A stretch of 44,805 nt of DNA from Pirellulaceae bacterium (GTDB taxonomy: Bacteria > Planctomycetota > Planctomycetia > Pirellulales > Pirellulaceae): NCBI GenBank assembly GCA_044371785.1, contig JBILTA010000817.1, positions 1 through 44,805 of the forward strand, in the 5' to 3' direction. Numbering within the stretch: the first letter of the stretch is position 1; each line of letters opens with the position of its first letter. The translations under genes and the position numbers were made by a program. This document shows positions 34,001 through 42,994 of this stretch, one piece after another. The notes below the pieces were generated by a model. It saw only the letters and a list, made by a program, of their open reading frames with translations, did not search any database and was not told the DNA's origin.

Positions 34001-34994
34001 GAATGCCAGACTCCTCATAACCATAAAGATCACTAACACCAAACACTGGCTGATCCAGGTCTGTACTCTTTGAGAAGTTGTACTCACCAAGCTCATCCAA
34101 AGCGTCTGAGCGGCGTGCAGCTGACTCTGCAACGGCCTCTTCAATGTCATCGGTAGTCTCAGTACCTAAGTTCTTTGAGAACCAGTTAGCAGCCTTTTCA
34201 GACTCAGGAACCCATTGCGTTGTGCGAACTACTCCACGGATACCCTTGGCTACCTTTGCAATGCCCTCAACGACATCAACAAACAGGCCTAGGCCAACAC
34301 CTTCAGTAACATTCTTCTGACGCTTTACATCAGGACTGTCACTATCAAGTGTCGCAATGTCATCAGAAATCCATCCAAACTGTGCAGGGAAGCTCTTCTT
34401 TAGCGTACCGCTCAGGTTGTCGTCAGTCTGGTTAAATTCAACGGTGTAATCAACACCAGCACCAACACCAGCGCCTAGCAGCTTTGGTGCCACGAACTTT
34501 ACAAATGGATCATTGAGAAGCTTCAAACGGCTAGCGCTTGCTGCTCCAGATAATCCTGTTCCAGCACCCCGTGTGATGAACACTGTAGGCAGTACGACAC
34601 TGCTGATTTCTCGGACACTCTGGGTAATATCATTCTCAAACTTAGGTCTCTTCTTCAGATTGACACCTGGAAGCAGATTGACTGCATCGACAAAGAAGTC
34701 GTTTACACCTTGTCCAGGTGCTGCGAGTGCATCGAATGTTCCTTTTACGAAGTCACCTGTCTTCTGCAGAAGGTTCCTGTTGTCTTGAACTGGTTGCCCT
34801 TGTCCCGTAGGTTGGGCTTGAACTTGTTGCGTAGATCCTTGACGTTGAACAGGAGCAGCTTGCTGCTGTGCCATGTTTTGACCAGCTTGCAAATCACGAG
34901 CAGATTGCTCAGCTTGCAAACGCAGTTGCTGCTCCTCCTCAGCCGTCAGATTTGGCGTACCAAATAGGATCCCTTGCGTGAGATCGTCTTCCAT
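31077..34994 (-). CDS. Internal virion / ejection protein (T7 gp16 position and size)
   Basis: 1305 aa, the last of three large ORFs between tail tube B and the tail fibre. Confidence 0.75.
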   Translation of the reverse strand: MEDDLTQGILFGTPNLTAEEEQQLRLQAEQSARDLQAGQNMAQQQAAPVQRQGSTQQVQAQPTGQGQPVQDNRNLLQKTGDFVKGTFDALAAPGQGVNDFFVDAVNLLPGVNLKKRPKFENDITQSVREISSVVLPTVFITRGAGTGLSGAASASRLKLLNDPFVKFVAPKLLGAGVGAGVDYTVEFNQTDDNLSGTLKKSFPAQFGWISDDIATLDSDSPDVKRQKNVTEGVGLGLFVDVVEGIAKVAKGIRGVVRTTQWVPESEKAANWFSKNLGTETTDDIEEAVAESAARRSDALDELGEYNFSKSTDLDQPVFGVSDLYGYEESGIRSVDSLGVVGAAVDVARINNNIDTVYGRVGSVISESALKFGLEIPNGQEAIIRGLAEQLKDAGEYGYRTASGKYLSSAEIKAAGEDLAMKFYGMDTPELKRSIKQFQGVDIDTGVPVLKSEAYAAVFNTINRYMDDFANMDVMRAQAYIGTSFAGQVSDMSQGVRLMDGTAAIERAQEQILDRVEFLMAQKGMTSYSRGRALNMLNMFNRFTAKGADKADAKYAKRVQEAIQSEGNATLEAMERIKNEAKQTVDTLREVKDQRPEMLAPLLMAYEFTDGKVDTISKLNNYVRNSLGIFSKAFIDGEPEIPAVLIRGFLSNLYNSTLGAIGTPTKAGVSNMVLLAERAVSQMAGAVLTGTFSGDVSVVRKGMFQYAAAWDTLTKGLSYMNQVFRRSASDPYVMALREDVGVADQKQIELLSAFADAKAQEGDYGPQVMMSIVEAQNDLANSPWLRFGPRGMQAFDGFTQAVIANWEARGRAWDKVTQGGKFPLDKEAAERLSKEVYAEFFDENDNITDSAVRYASGEISMALDNKANDAISALLRAAPILKPFFLFTKTPLNMATYAISQSPVGEFIRRTEAFSKNFNELSGPDVERLLASRGIDSTMENIESVYKTEQAILRGRRAIGTIAVTSAIGLYMAGNLTGDGLYDAEKQRVRREAGWPKRSIRTPGGEWVSYDGIPGVSDWVAITATIMDNFDSLSSAELAESFRIAGFVLSSAIKDKSMLTALEPLNDVVSGDVGAINRWTSSFVPAAMMPGSSLMAEFARLISPAKKELENNFFDLVANRNPVLKQNLPDAADWIDGGKVGEPVNFFARVWNTYLPWKVSGEISPEKQFLIDVEYDARPTLRTNGRGVEYSNEERAEVTSMMGKMGIFKQEIQRIMKTEDAKEFRRQFKAARDKGLNPDLNTMNNLQLYLDSALRSSMRIAEAQVSTRDGISQKVYKNQTIDNFLQVGDVAGAEKFLKNMEQTMSY

Positions 34995-35009
34995 TTCTAT
35001 GTTTTAATG

Positions 35010-38000
35010 TTAGCGTTGCATCTGTGATACGACGTAGCGACGCAGGTTATCAAATCCTGCGTAAGGAGTCATACTCTTACTGCCTCGTGGGGCAGGAGCT
35101 AAGAAATCAATGGATGCAATTGTCCCATCAACGGATCGGACATTTCCTGTTCCACCTTGTGTACCAATGATGTCACCAGCCTCAATCGCTTGACCTGGCT
35201 TCAGTTTAATGCCATCGGCTAGGTGGCCATAAAGAACATCAACCTTCTGACCTGTTTGGGGATCAGTCGATTCAATAACAACGTAGTTACCGTAGCCTGA
35301 TTCCCGGCTCACATCTTTGACGACACCGCCAAGCACTGCAGGGAACCTCTTGCTTTCAAAGTAAAGGTCAACTCCCGGCTGGCCACTCGAAGTCTCAAAG
35401 ACGACAGAGGATGGTTTCTCAAAGCTTGCACTACCAAACCGCCGCATCGTTGGACGCATTGTGGCTTGACTCCTCAATGCTGAGGTATCACCATACTTTG
35501 CACGTGCCTTTTCAAACCTTTCATACAGCTTGCTTGCTCGTTGGGATTGAACATCAGACTTAGGTCGGCCTGCTGCTTCCCAATTTGCATAACCAGTTTC
35601 ACCCATATTCCAGGCAAATACAGCATCCTTCCAATTGCCGTACTTCTTGTACAGCTTTGAAAGGGCACCTGCACCTAGCGTCAGGTTTAGCTTTGGATCC
35701 CTCAGGGCTTGCTCACGGGCTTCAACAGAAGACCCCGGACCGTTGTAGACCTGACTTAACTGCATCAGACCAACACCAGTACTTGCCCCATCCCACTTGT
35801 ATCCACCGCCAGAGAAGATGTTTGGATCCCATGCACCGTTCTCTGCTTCTGCCAAGGCAGCAACAGCAACGGGAGTTATCCCTGCCTTCTGAGCAGCTTC
35901 TACCACCATTGGACCATAACCTTTTGGTACAAGGTTCGGATCAAATGTCCGGGTAGACATCATTGCCCGAGCAGAGATCTCAGGCGTTTGATAAGCATCC
36001 AGCTTACGCTTGAGGATAGGGTTGACGGTTGTGCTGAATGTCACTGCAGCCTGTGGCAACTGAACTGGCGACATACCAGCTGCTAGACGCTGCCTGTTGA
36101 TTACAGTAAGCGGGTCAACGCCCATCAATCTGCCAACGTAATCAGCCATTGGATCCATCTTGAATCCTGGACGGCTCATGGATGACTCAATCCGGCTCAA
36201 CTCTTGTGCATTGAAAATTGTTCCAGGTGCATCAAGTGTTTTACTACCCAGTTTTGCAATACTGCTTTGTACTCGTTGTATGCGAGCACTTGCCGCAGAG
36301 CTCGGTTTCGTTGCTTGCGAAAACTGCTTATATGCACCGAAGTTCCCAGGCGTGTTATCAAAGAAACTATCGTTGCTTATCTGCGCCTGAAATTCTTGTT
36401 GAACAAGGCTAAATGCTGCACCTACAGCATTGGGATCTCCACCTGCCTTTAGCTGAGCATACTTTGTGAGGAACTTATTTTGCAACTGCTGTGTCATCAA
36501 TGGTACAGTAAAGTTGTACGTACCATCTGCCTTGGCTTGAATCTGCTTTGGTGATTTAGCAAGATTTGCTAAGGCATCCATCTGAGGCTTGAAGTTCTCA
36601 TTTGCCCTTCGATCCTCACCTATAGCTCTTGCAAGTGGCCGAAACTTTGCAGCAATCGATCCAGGTATGCCCATATTGTCCAACCGCTCTTCAGTCAGTA
36701 GGCTCGCGTCAGCTAGTTCCTGCAAGTCAGCCTCAATCTTCTGTCGATACACAGCATTTGTTGACTCATTCCGCCTCATATTCTCTAGGCGGTCACTCAC
36801 GTAGCCAGGACGGACCTCTCGGATGAATTCATAGAGTCCATCAATATCAGCATCTGTGTACCCGCCAGGAAGCTCCTGCAGTGCTTGGATACCATAGTCT
36901 TCTCTTTCTTTGACCTGTGCAAGACCTTCTTGCTCTTTAAGATTCAGGTCTTGAAGCTTCCGTCTACGTGCTTCAACAAAGGCTCGTGATACTTCGATGA
37001 CAGCCGGATCGTTCTTCCAGAAATCACCAAGTGTTGCCTCAGAACCATCAGCCAGAACCGTGTTCTGATTCAACAGGTCTTGGAAGACAGTCTGATACCT
37101 CTCAGCATCATCACCCGATGCGGCCGTCGCAAGGAAGTTGAGAAGGTTGGCTTTTGCAGCGCTTCGCTCAGATCCTGCTGGCTTTTCCCCAATGTATTGA
37201 GCAGCCCAAGCAGCTCCACCAGTTGCAATGCCTTGATCAAATGCTCGGTTTATGTTGTTTCTGACTTCAACCTCAACAGACTTACGTTCTTGTGCGTTGA
37301 CCGACTGCCTCAGTTGGTTCTCATACGCTTGCATCTGAGGGAAGATGAATGCAGCTGCAACCTGAGGGCTGATATCAAGTGCACCTGATTCCCTCAAGTA
37401 TTGAGATCGTTGCTGGCTGAGAATCACTTCAACAGCATCAAACTGGCCAGTCTGAACGGCCTCAGCCATACTGACTTCAGTTTCACCGACCTTGTACTTG
37501 GTTTCGTAGTTGTCGTTGGAGTAGCTCCCAAATCCACTACCGATCTCTTCAGCAAGACCACGATTTTCATTCCAGTACTTGGCATTGCTGTTCTTCATCA
37601 AGTACCGGATGTCCTTGATGCTCGCTCCATTATCAAGAAGACCTTTGACTGTCGTGTTCTCACTTAGAGCCTGATCATTCAGGTTACGGTCAAGCTTGTA
37701 GATCTCTTGCAAGCCTTTCAGGTCAAGACCTGTCGCGTAAATGGCCTGCTGTACACCAAGCTTGATGCCCTCTTCGCGTTTCTGGTTAAACGTAGCTACT
37801 GCCTTAAACGCAGTATCAGAGAACGTAGCAAGTGCTTGAAGAGTCTGGATTTCTTGACGACCTTGAACCTCTGCATCTCTGATTGTCTGCAGGTAATTCC
37901 TTTGAATCTGATCCTGGACTCGTTGTCGGTTGTCACGATCAAGATTAAAGATCAGCTCTCGATTTCCCTCTTCCAATCGCTGCACATTTGACATTGCCTG

Positions 38001-38150
38001 TGCATAACGATTCCTGTTTTGGAGATCGAAGTCTTGAGCACGTTGCAATGCTCGAAGCGTATTCTGGCCCTGCTGTAGGACCCTATTTGCTTGGTCTGGA
38101 GCCTGTGTCGGGTTAAACCTTTCTGGGCTCCCATAACTTCTAAATGCCAT
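35010..38150 (-). CDS. Internal virion protein with a lytic-transglycosylase (SLT) block and a C-terminal LytM/M23-like domain
   Basis: ..ALAEAENGAWDPN..GVGLMQLSQ.. (SLT-like) and ..ESGYGNYVVIES...VDVLYGHLADGIKLKPGQAIEAGDIIGTQGGTG.. (M23-like). Confidence 0.8.
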   Translation of the reverse strand: MAFRSYGSPERFNPTQAPDQANRVLQQGQNTLRALQRAQDFDLQNRNRYAQAMSNVQRLEEGNRELIFNLDRDNRQRVQDQIQRNYLQTIRDAEVQGRQEIQTLQALATFSDTAFKAVATFNQKREEGIKLGVQQAIYATGLDLKGLQEIYKLDRNLNDQALSENTTVKGLLDNGASIKDIRYLMKNSNAKYWNENRGLAEEIGSGFGSYSNDNYETKYKVGETEVSMAEAVQTGQFDAVEVILSQQRSQYLRESGALDISPQVAAAFIFPQMQAYENQLRQSVNAQERKSVEVEVRNNINRAFDQGIATGGAAWAAQYIGEKPAGSERSAAKANLLNFLATAASGDDAERYQTVFQDLLNQNTVLADGSEATLGDFWKNDPAVIEVSRAFVEARRRKLQDLNLKEQEGLAQVKEREDYGIQALQELPGGYTDADIDGLYEFIREVRPGYVSDRLENMRRNESTNAVYRQKIEADLQELADASLLTEERLDNMGIPGSIAAKFRPLARAIGEDRRANENFKPQMDALANLAKSPKQIQAKADGTYNFTVPLMTQQLQNKFLTKYAQLKAGGDPNAVGAAFSLVQQEFQAQISNDSFFDNTPGNFGAYKQFSQATKPSSAASARIQRVQSSIAKLGSKTLDAPGTIFNAQELSRIESSMSRPGFKMDPMADYVGRLMGVDPLTVINRQRLAAGMSPVQLPQAAVTFSTTVNPILKRKLDAYQTPEISARAMMSTRTFDPNLVPKGYGPMVVEAAQKAGITPVAVAALAEAENGAWDPNIFSGGGYKWDGASTGVGLMQLSQVYNGPGSSVEAREQALRDPKLNLTLGAGALSKLYKKYGNWKDAVFAWNMGETGYANWEAAGRPKSDVQSQRASKLYERFEKARAKYGDTSALRSQATMRPTMRRFGSASFEKPSSVVFETSSGQPGVDLYFESKRFPAVLGGVVKDVSRESGYGNYVVIESTDPQTGQKVDVLYGHLADGIKLKPGQAIEAGDIIGTQGGTGNVRSVDGTIASIDFLAPAPRGSKSMTPYAGFDNLRRYVVSQMQR

Positions 38151-39253
38151 TACCCGAACTTCCCTGTCTTAGGATCATAAGAATTAGCAAACGCATTGAA
38201 GACACCAGGCAGTGCAGCACCAATACCAGCAACAACAGCATTCTGTCCACCAGTAACACCTTTCTTGGGTCTGATCGAGTTAAACAACTCCTTATCAAAC
38301 GGCAGGGGATTCTGAAGAACAGGTCTGGGCAGAGTTAGAGGTGCAGGAATCGGAGGTGGCATCATCGGCTCCAGCAGAATGCTTGCAAGGGCATTCAGAT
38401 CAGCCTGATACTTATCTAGTGCGGCACGGTTACGCAGAGACTTCGTTTGGTTTCTCAAACTCACACGTGATGCTGCAGTCTCCGCCTTGTTCAGGTAGAA
38501 CCTATCGTTGAGACGTTCCAGCGTCAGGTTGGTTGCATCCTTAGTCAGACCATAATTCTGCTCAGCACTAAAGACCTGCTGGATGATTGCTGCCGTAGCA
38601 GCTCCTGCCTCAGCAATTGCAGCACGCGCTACTACATCTGAGTTCTTACCCATATTGCCTCGTGCTTGAGCTTCACCAGCGGCCTTGATGCCTTCTATAT
38701 AAGTACGCTGTTTGTTGATCTGACCTTCTGCTCGCGCCTGCTGGAGGTTGACCTCAGCACCACGCATGTTGACTTCCTGCTCACGTTGATTGAACCTGAA
38801 GTCTTGTGTGTAGGTCTTCTCTTCAAAATCAAGTGCTACATTCTGTTCCTGTTCAAACCTTGCAGCGTCCTGGATTGCATAATCATAGGCTAGGTTATTG
38901 AAGGAAAGCTGTTGACCTGCAGTTTGTTTTGACTTATTGAATGCGCGTACCTGATTAGCAAAATCAAATGCCTGAATCTGCATCTGATAGCGATACGACT
39001 GTTGAGCCGTGGCTTCCTCGTATGCTAACTGCTGCTCAATGTTTCGCCGTTGAATGGCTACGCCTTCTGTAGCAAACTTAATCTGACGCTTTGTACTCTT
39101 CTTGTTGAATCTAAACTCATCAAGAGCTTGCTGGTACTGAATCTTTGCAAGCTTTTCTTGTGCTTTATTCTGTGCATTCTGCTGGGCACCACCAAAGATG
39201 CCACCAGCAATCGAACTGCCAATGCCCAGCGCCAACCCAATAGGAAATGGCAT
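38150..39253 (-). CDS. Internal virion protein (T7 gp14 position)
   Basis: 367 aa. Gly-rich hydrophobic N-terminus (MPFPIGLALGIGSSIAGGIFGG), then a Gln-rich helical region. The call is by position. Confidence 0.6.
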   Translation of the reverse strand: MPFPIGLALGIGSSIAGGIFGGAQQNAQNKAQEKLAKIQYQQALDEFRFNKKSTKRQIKFATEGVAIQRRNIEQQLAYEEATAQQSYRYQMQIQAFDFANQVRAFNKSKQTAGQQLSFNNLAYDYAIQDAARFEQEQNVALDFEEKTYTQDFRFNQREQEVNMRGAEVNLQQARAEGQINKQRTYIEGIKAAGEAQARGNMGKNSDVVARAAIAEAGAATAAIIQQVFSAEQNYGLTKDATNLTLERLNDRFYLNKAETAASRVSLRNQTKSLRNRAALDKYQADLNALASILLEPMMPPPIPAPLTLPRPVLQNPLPFDKELFNSIRPKKGVTGGQNAVVAGIGAALPGVFNAFANSYDPKTGKFG

Positions 39254-39255
39254 AA

Positions 39256-41823
39256 TCAGGCCCTCCTATAAAACTGTTGTGTATAGTTACCTTCCCACGT
39301 CATATTATTCAATGCAAGCGGGAATGGCGACCTACTGTTGATTCGTAGATCATAGTTAGTATTCTTCTGATGAATTGGTACTGTCAATACTGTTCTATCA
39401 ATTGTTGGAGAACTGTTTGCTGTGTAGTAGTTTCCATACTGAACACCAGAGTGAAGCTTCCATTCAGGTGCACCGTATCTCTTCGTGTAGAAGTCCACAA
39501 ACCCACTGAATGCCACATCAAACTTGATACGTGCAATCGTAAGTGATGCAGTCCAATCAACATTATTCTGGGTTCGATAAAATAGCTTTGGCAGCTCTAC
39601 ATCAAAGTCGTATTCATAGCCTGCACACAGCTCCAGCTCCTTACCAGTCCAGTCACCTTCAATCAGCCAGTTACCACTTCCATCAATCTCAACCTTCAAG
39701 ATAAAGTTCGGCGTTGTTCCTGTACTAACACCCGTTTCTACAAAGAGGTTGTCGTAATCAGTTGAAGGGCCTACTGCTACTTGTGGAATCGTAACAACTA
39801 CAGGTGTTTCTCCTGTGATGTTGTTGTACGGCTTGGGAATGGTAGACTTATTCAGTGCACTGCTATACGTGATTGTACCTGCAGACTTCACTACAAAAGA
39901 GTGATCCAGCCTGATGTTCTCTAGTGTGATATCTGTAGGTTTTGAGAAGTCCTGAATCACATCGATTAGGACACCACGATACTGACCCTGAGCCCTTACG
40001 ACAACCAGAACAAAGTTGTTAATGATGAACATGTTCTGGATTTCACCAGCAACCTTCCAGCTAAACCATGCTTGCATCGACGCTTCACCGTCTACTGCAT
40101 AGTATTTGTATAGGTAGATTCTGTTTTCCTTCTTACTCAGAAGGGCCAGCAACGAGTCAGCAGTACTTACTCTTAGATATCGCACATCAGCCGGTAGGTA
40201 ATCTGCTACTACTTTGCTGATGTCAGAAACTAATGCTGCCTGTACTGTGCCTCTTGGTTGCATTCCAAGCAGTCTTGAGTAGCTAGAAGCTGGCGATACA
40301 AACGCAACAAAGTCACCAACATCCTGTGCATTGATCTTTCGATCCGCTTCGTACTGACTGATTGTCCGCAGAATCACGTCATTGGGCGATATCACGCCGC
40401 TTTCTGAGAACAGTAGGTATTGCTCGTATTCACTAAACAATACAAGACCTTGTGCCTGTGGCACCGCACAGTACAAGTTGCTGACCTTTGAACTTGTCGT
40501 CTCTAGATCAATCGGGTCTGATGCAATGACTGTCTGAGAGCTGGTAAAAAAGAAGTTCTGGAAGTCCTTTGCCACACTCATCACAACTGAATCGTTGGTC
40601 ATGAATGTCAGTCGATTACTGTAGACTAAGCCGTACTTAATCTGATCATCAACAAAGCTCGGCGTCGGATTGCCAAACTCATTGCCAGTAATCCGCGGCG
40701 ACCACTTTTCCGTAGAAATTGTGAACTGGTTCGTGCCTGTGTTCACCAACTTAAACGGCATTGTATTAGCAACTAACGATGTGGCAGCTAGCTTTGCAGC
40801 GAACTTTCCACTTGTAGCAATTGGATTACCTTCATCATCTGTATTGATATCCCATCCCCTCGATTCTTCGTAGAAACCAGAACCTGCATTTACACTGCTC
40901 CCTGTCGTTGTACCCGTACCTACAAACTTTACAAAGTAAGACGACCGATCATCAATGGAATTTAGGATCTTAACCCGTCTACCTGGCTTCGTATAAGCAG
41001 CAAGGCGTGAAGTTGTGCTTACTTCATCCTGATAGACAGTCAAAGATACACCCTGTACACCACCAGCAACTTCAATGTTGAATGGTGTCTGACCATCTTT
41101 GATTTCTATCTCCAGGCTGTTGGAATACTTGGTGACAGTGAACGTAGCGCTCAGTGCTGCATCAATAGCCGCTTTCAGTCCAGCAAGAATCTCATCTGCA
41201 TCAACAGGCTCATCCCTTGTCTCGGCCTCAGTAATTGATACTGTGGTGAATGAATACTTTGTGCCATTGATGTATATACTGTATTCCTGATCGTAATCAA
41301 TACTCCCAATGACAACCGTAGCTCTTGTCTTCAGATAGTAATCTGTCTTAGCGTTCATCGTCACAGTCTTTGACTTGTTGATGATGTAGCTACGATCAAG
41401 ATAATAGAATGTATGAAAGTTATGTAGTGTCGACACGCCAGCTGGTGTAGTCAAGTAGGAGACCACGTCTGGATTTGTTTTGCCCGTAACTGTTGCCTCA
41501 GTAAAGGTCAGCACTCCACCAGTGTTTACCGGTACTGTGTTCCAGATCCTTATGTTTCCATTCTTGGTGATTACACCTGCGTAGCGTTCATCATTGTCCC
41601 TGTCAATTGCAAACCAATAGCCATCCTTCAGTTCATCACTGGCATCATTTGCATAGCTGTAAAGATTACCAATAAACTTGGCTCCACTTCGCTTCAACAA
41701 ACCATAGGTTGGATCAGGGTAGCCATTGACAATCTCATTGACTTGTCCGGGAAACTTCTTGGTATCAGCCTGTCGACTTACACCGCCTAAAAATGTCGGA
41801 ACAAACTGTGTAATTGCTGCCAT
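39256..41823 (-). CDS. Tail tubular protein B (T7 gp12-like)
   Basis: 855 aa, immediately after gp11-like, with an overlapping start/stop. The call rests on size and position. Confidence 0.8.
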   Translation of the reverse strand: MAAITQFVPTFLGGVSRQADTKKFPGQVNEIVNGYPDPTYGLLKRSGAKFIGNLYSYANDASDELKDGYWFAIDRDNDERYAGVITKNGNIRIWNTVPVNTGGVLTFTEATVTGKTNPDVVSYLTTPAGVSTLHNFHTFYYLDRSYIINKSKTVTMNAKTDYYLKTRATVVIGSIDYDQEYSIYINGTKYSFTTVSITEAETRDEPVDADEILAGLKAAIDAALSATFTVTKYSNSLEIEIKDGQTPFNIEVAGGVQGVSLTVYQDEVSTTSRLAAYTKPGRRVKILNSIDDRSSYFVKFVGTGTTTGSSVNAGSGFYEESRGWDINTDDEGNPIATSGKFAAKLAATSLVANTMPFKLVNTGTNQFTISTEKWSPRITGNEFGNPTPSFVDDQIKYGLVYSNRLTFMTNDSVVMSVAKDFQNFFFTSSQTVIASDPIDLETTSSKVSNLYCAVPQAQGLVLFSEYEQYLLFSESGVISPNDVILRTISQYEADRKINAQDVGDFVAFVSPASSYSRLLGMQPRGTVQAALVSDISKVVADYLPADVRYLRVSTADSLLALLSKKENRIYLYKYYAVDGEASMQAWFSWKVAGEIQNMFIINNFVLVVVRAQGQYRGVLIDVIQDFSKPTDITLENIRLDHSFVVKSAGTITYSSALNKSTIPKPYNNITGETPVVVTIPQVAVGPSTDYDNLFVETGVSTGTTPNFILKVEIDGSGNWLIEGDWTGKELELCAGYEYDFDVELPKLFYRTQNNVDWTASLTIARIKFDVAFSGFVDFYTKRYGAPEWKLHSGVQYGNYYTANSSPTIDRTVLTVPIHQKNTNYDLRINSRSPFPLALNNMTWEGNYTQQFYRRA

Positions 41824-42491
41824 CAGTATCTATTCAATGTGTTATACGGTTGATAGCTTTGGTAGTAAGTGCCATCACGTGGATAGCCAAACATGCTGTA
41901 ATCCCCTTGATTGCACTCATACTCCAGTGCAAATGCCCTTGTATAGGCTTCCTTCTGCTGAAGTGCCTGATACTGCAGAGCGTCGCTCACAAGCCTGCTA
42001 GAGACGACTACAGCGGCACGTGCGGTGATGTAATCCTGAACAGGAGACGGGATATCTTCCCATTCAAATAGCCAAACAACATCACAATAGACAGTATCGT
42101 TCCATTGATCTGAATGATGCCTTCTGTCGTACAGAACACCATTCCTCTTTACAGTGTCATATTGTCGATAAGCCACATAGCATGGATCATCCGACAAATC
42201 TAATTGCAATACATTATTGGGCCAGACAATCTTCTTATCATTGCCTGGCGTAAAGGGGTAGTTATACTCTTTGTTGAAGGTCCAGCCTTCTGCCTGAACT
42301 TCCCTTGATACCTCCCATAAGGTATCGTAGACAATCGCAACTTCCGGGTTGGAAACTACTGTTACCGCATTACCATCTTGATCGGTAATGGTTTCAGTAT
42401 CAATAGCAGTTACAGGCGCCTGACCAACTGACGCCAGGATCTGATTGACAGCTTGAAGCTCAGTCTTAGAGCCAGTGGTAGAATATAGCAT
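41823..42491 (-). CDS. Tail tubular protein A (T7 gp11-like)
   Basis: 222 aa. The N-terminus ..SKTELQAVNQILASVGQAPVT.. resembles gp11. It is the first gene after the post-capsid terminator. Confidence 0.8.
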   Translation of the reverse strand: MLYSTTGSKTELQAVNQILASVGQAPVTAIDTETITDQDGNAVTVVSNPEVAIVYDTLWEVSREVQAEGWTFNKEYNYPFTPGNDKKIVWPNNVLQLDLSDDPCYVAYRQYDTVKRNGVLYDRRHHSDQWNDTVYCDVVWLFEWEDIPSPVQDYITARAAVVVSSRLVSDALQYQALQQKEAYTRAFALEYECNQGDYSMFGYPRDGTYYQSYQPYNTLNRY

Positions 42492-42510
42492 AACAATGAA
42501 GTTATATGTT

Positions 42511-42536
42511 AAGAAAGGCCCCCATTTCTGAGGGCC
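42511..42536 (-). terminator. Rho-independent terminator after the capsid block (analogous in position to T7 T-phi)
   Basis: The - strand reads GGCCC-(10 nt)-GGGCC followed by TTTCTT. Confidence 0.6.
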
Positions 42537-42543
42537 ATAGAAA

Positions 42544-42741
42544 TCAGGTGGTCGGGTTCAAACGAGTAGTGTTTGCAGCCGGACCATTTGAAACGTCACC
42601 ACCAACGGAGGTGCCGTAGCGATATGCACTACGCATATCTTGGGTTTCACTCTTCACCACAGAACCGAGCACAGCATATACACCACGAGGGTCATAGCTT
42701 TTAGCGGTCTTGGCAACAGAGAATCGAGTAGTGATTGCCAT
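42544..42741 (-). CDS. Hypothetical small protein downstream of capsid
   Basis: 65 aa, ATG start. No recognisable motif. Confidence 0.5.
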   Translation of the reverse strand: MAITTRFSVAKTAKSYDPRGVYAVLGSVVKSETQDMRSAYRYGTSVGGDVSNGPAANTTRLNPTT

Positions 42742-42746
42742 GATTA

Positions 42747-42980
42747 TTACGGGGCAGGAGGAGGAGCAGGAGTCTGATCAGGAATCGGTGCACCCGAGGA
42801 GTTAGTCGTCTCGTACTGCGAAGCAGCAGCGGTACGACCGTATTCAACGGGAGGGCAGGGATCCTGAGTGATCGAAGCGACTGGATTCGGCTGCTTGATA
42901 CCACCAGTAGATTTGGTGATATGAATAGCTGGATCAATCTCTCCGTATTTCTGAGTGCCTGGAACAAGATTCGAAGCCAT
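42747..42980 (-). CDS. Hypothetical Pro-rich small protein downstream of capsid
   Basis: 77 aa. A strong SD (AGGAGG) lies 7 nt upstream of the ATG. Preferred over the overlapping ORF 42701..42967. Confidence 0.6.
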   Translation of the reverse strand: MASNLVPGTQKYGEIDPAIHITKSTGGIKQPNPVASITQDPCPPVEYGRTAAASQYETTNSSGAPIPDQTPAPPPAP

Positions 42981-42994
42981 TATTCAGCCTCCTA

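Noticed and set aside
42701-42967. 88-aa - strand ORF overlapping 42747..42980
   Set aside because: The competing frame has a strong AGGAGG SD and starts right after the capsid stop. This frame is Leu/Arg/Ser-rich and lacks a start context.
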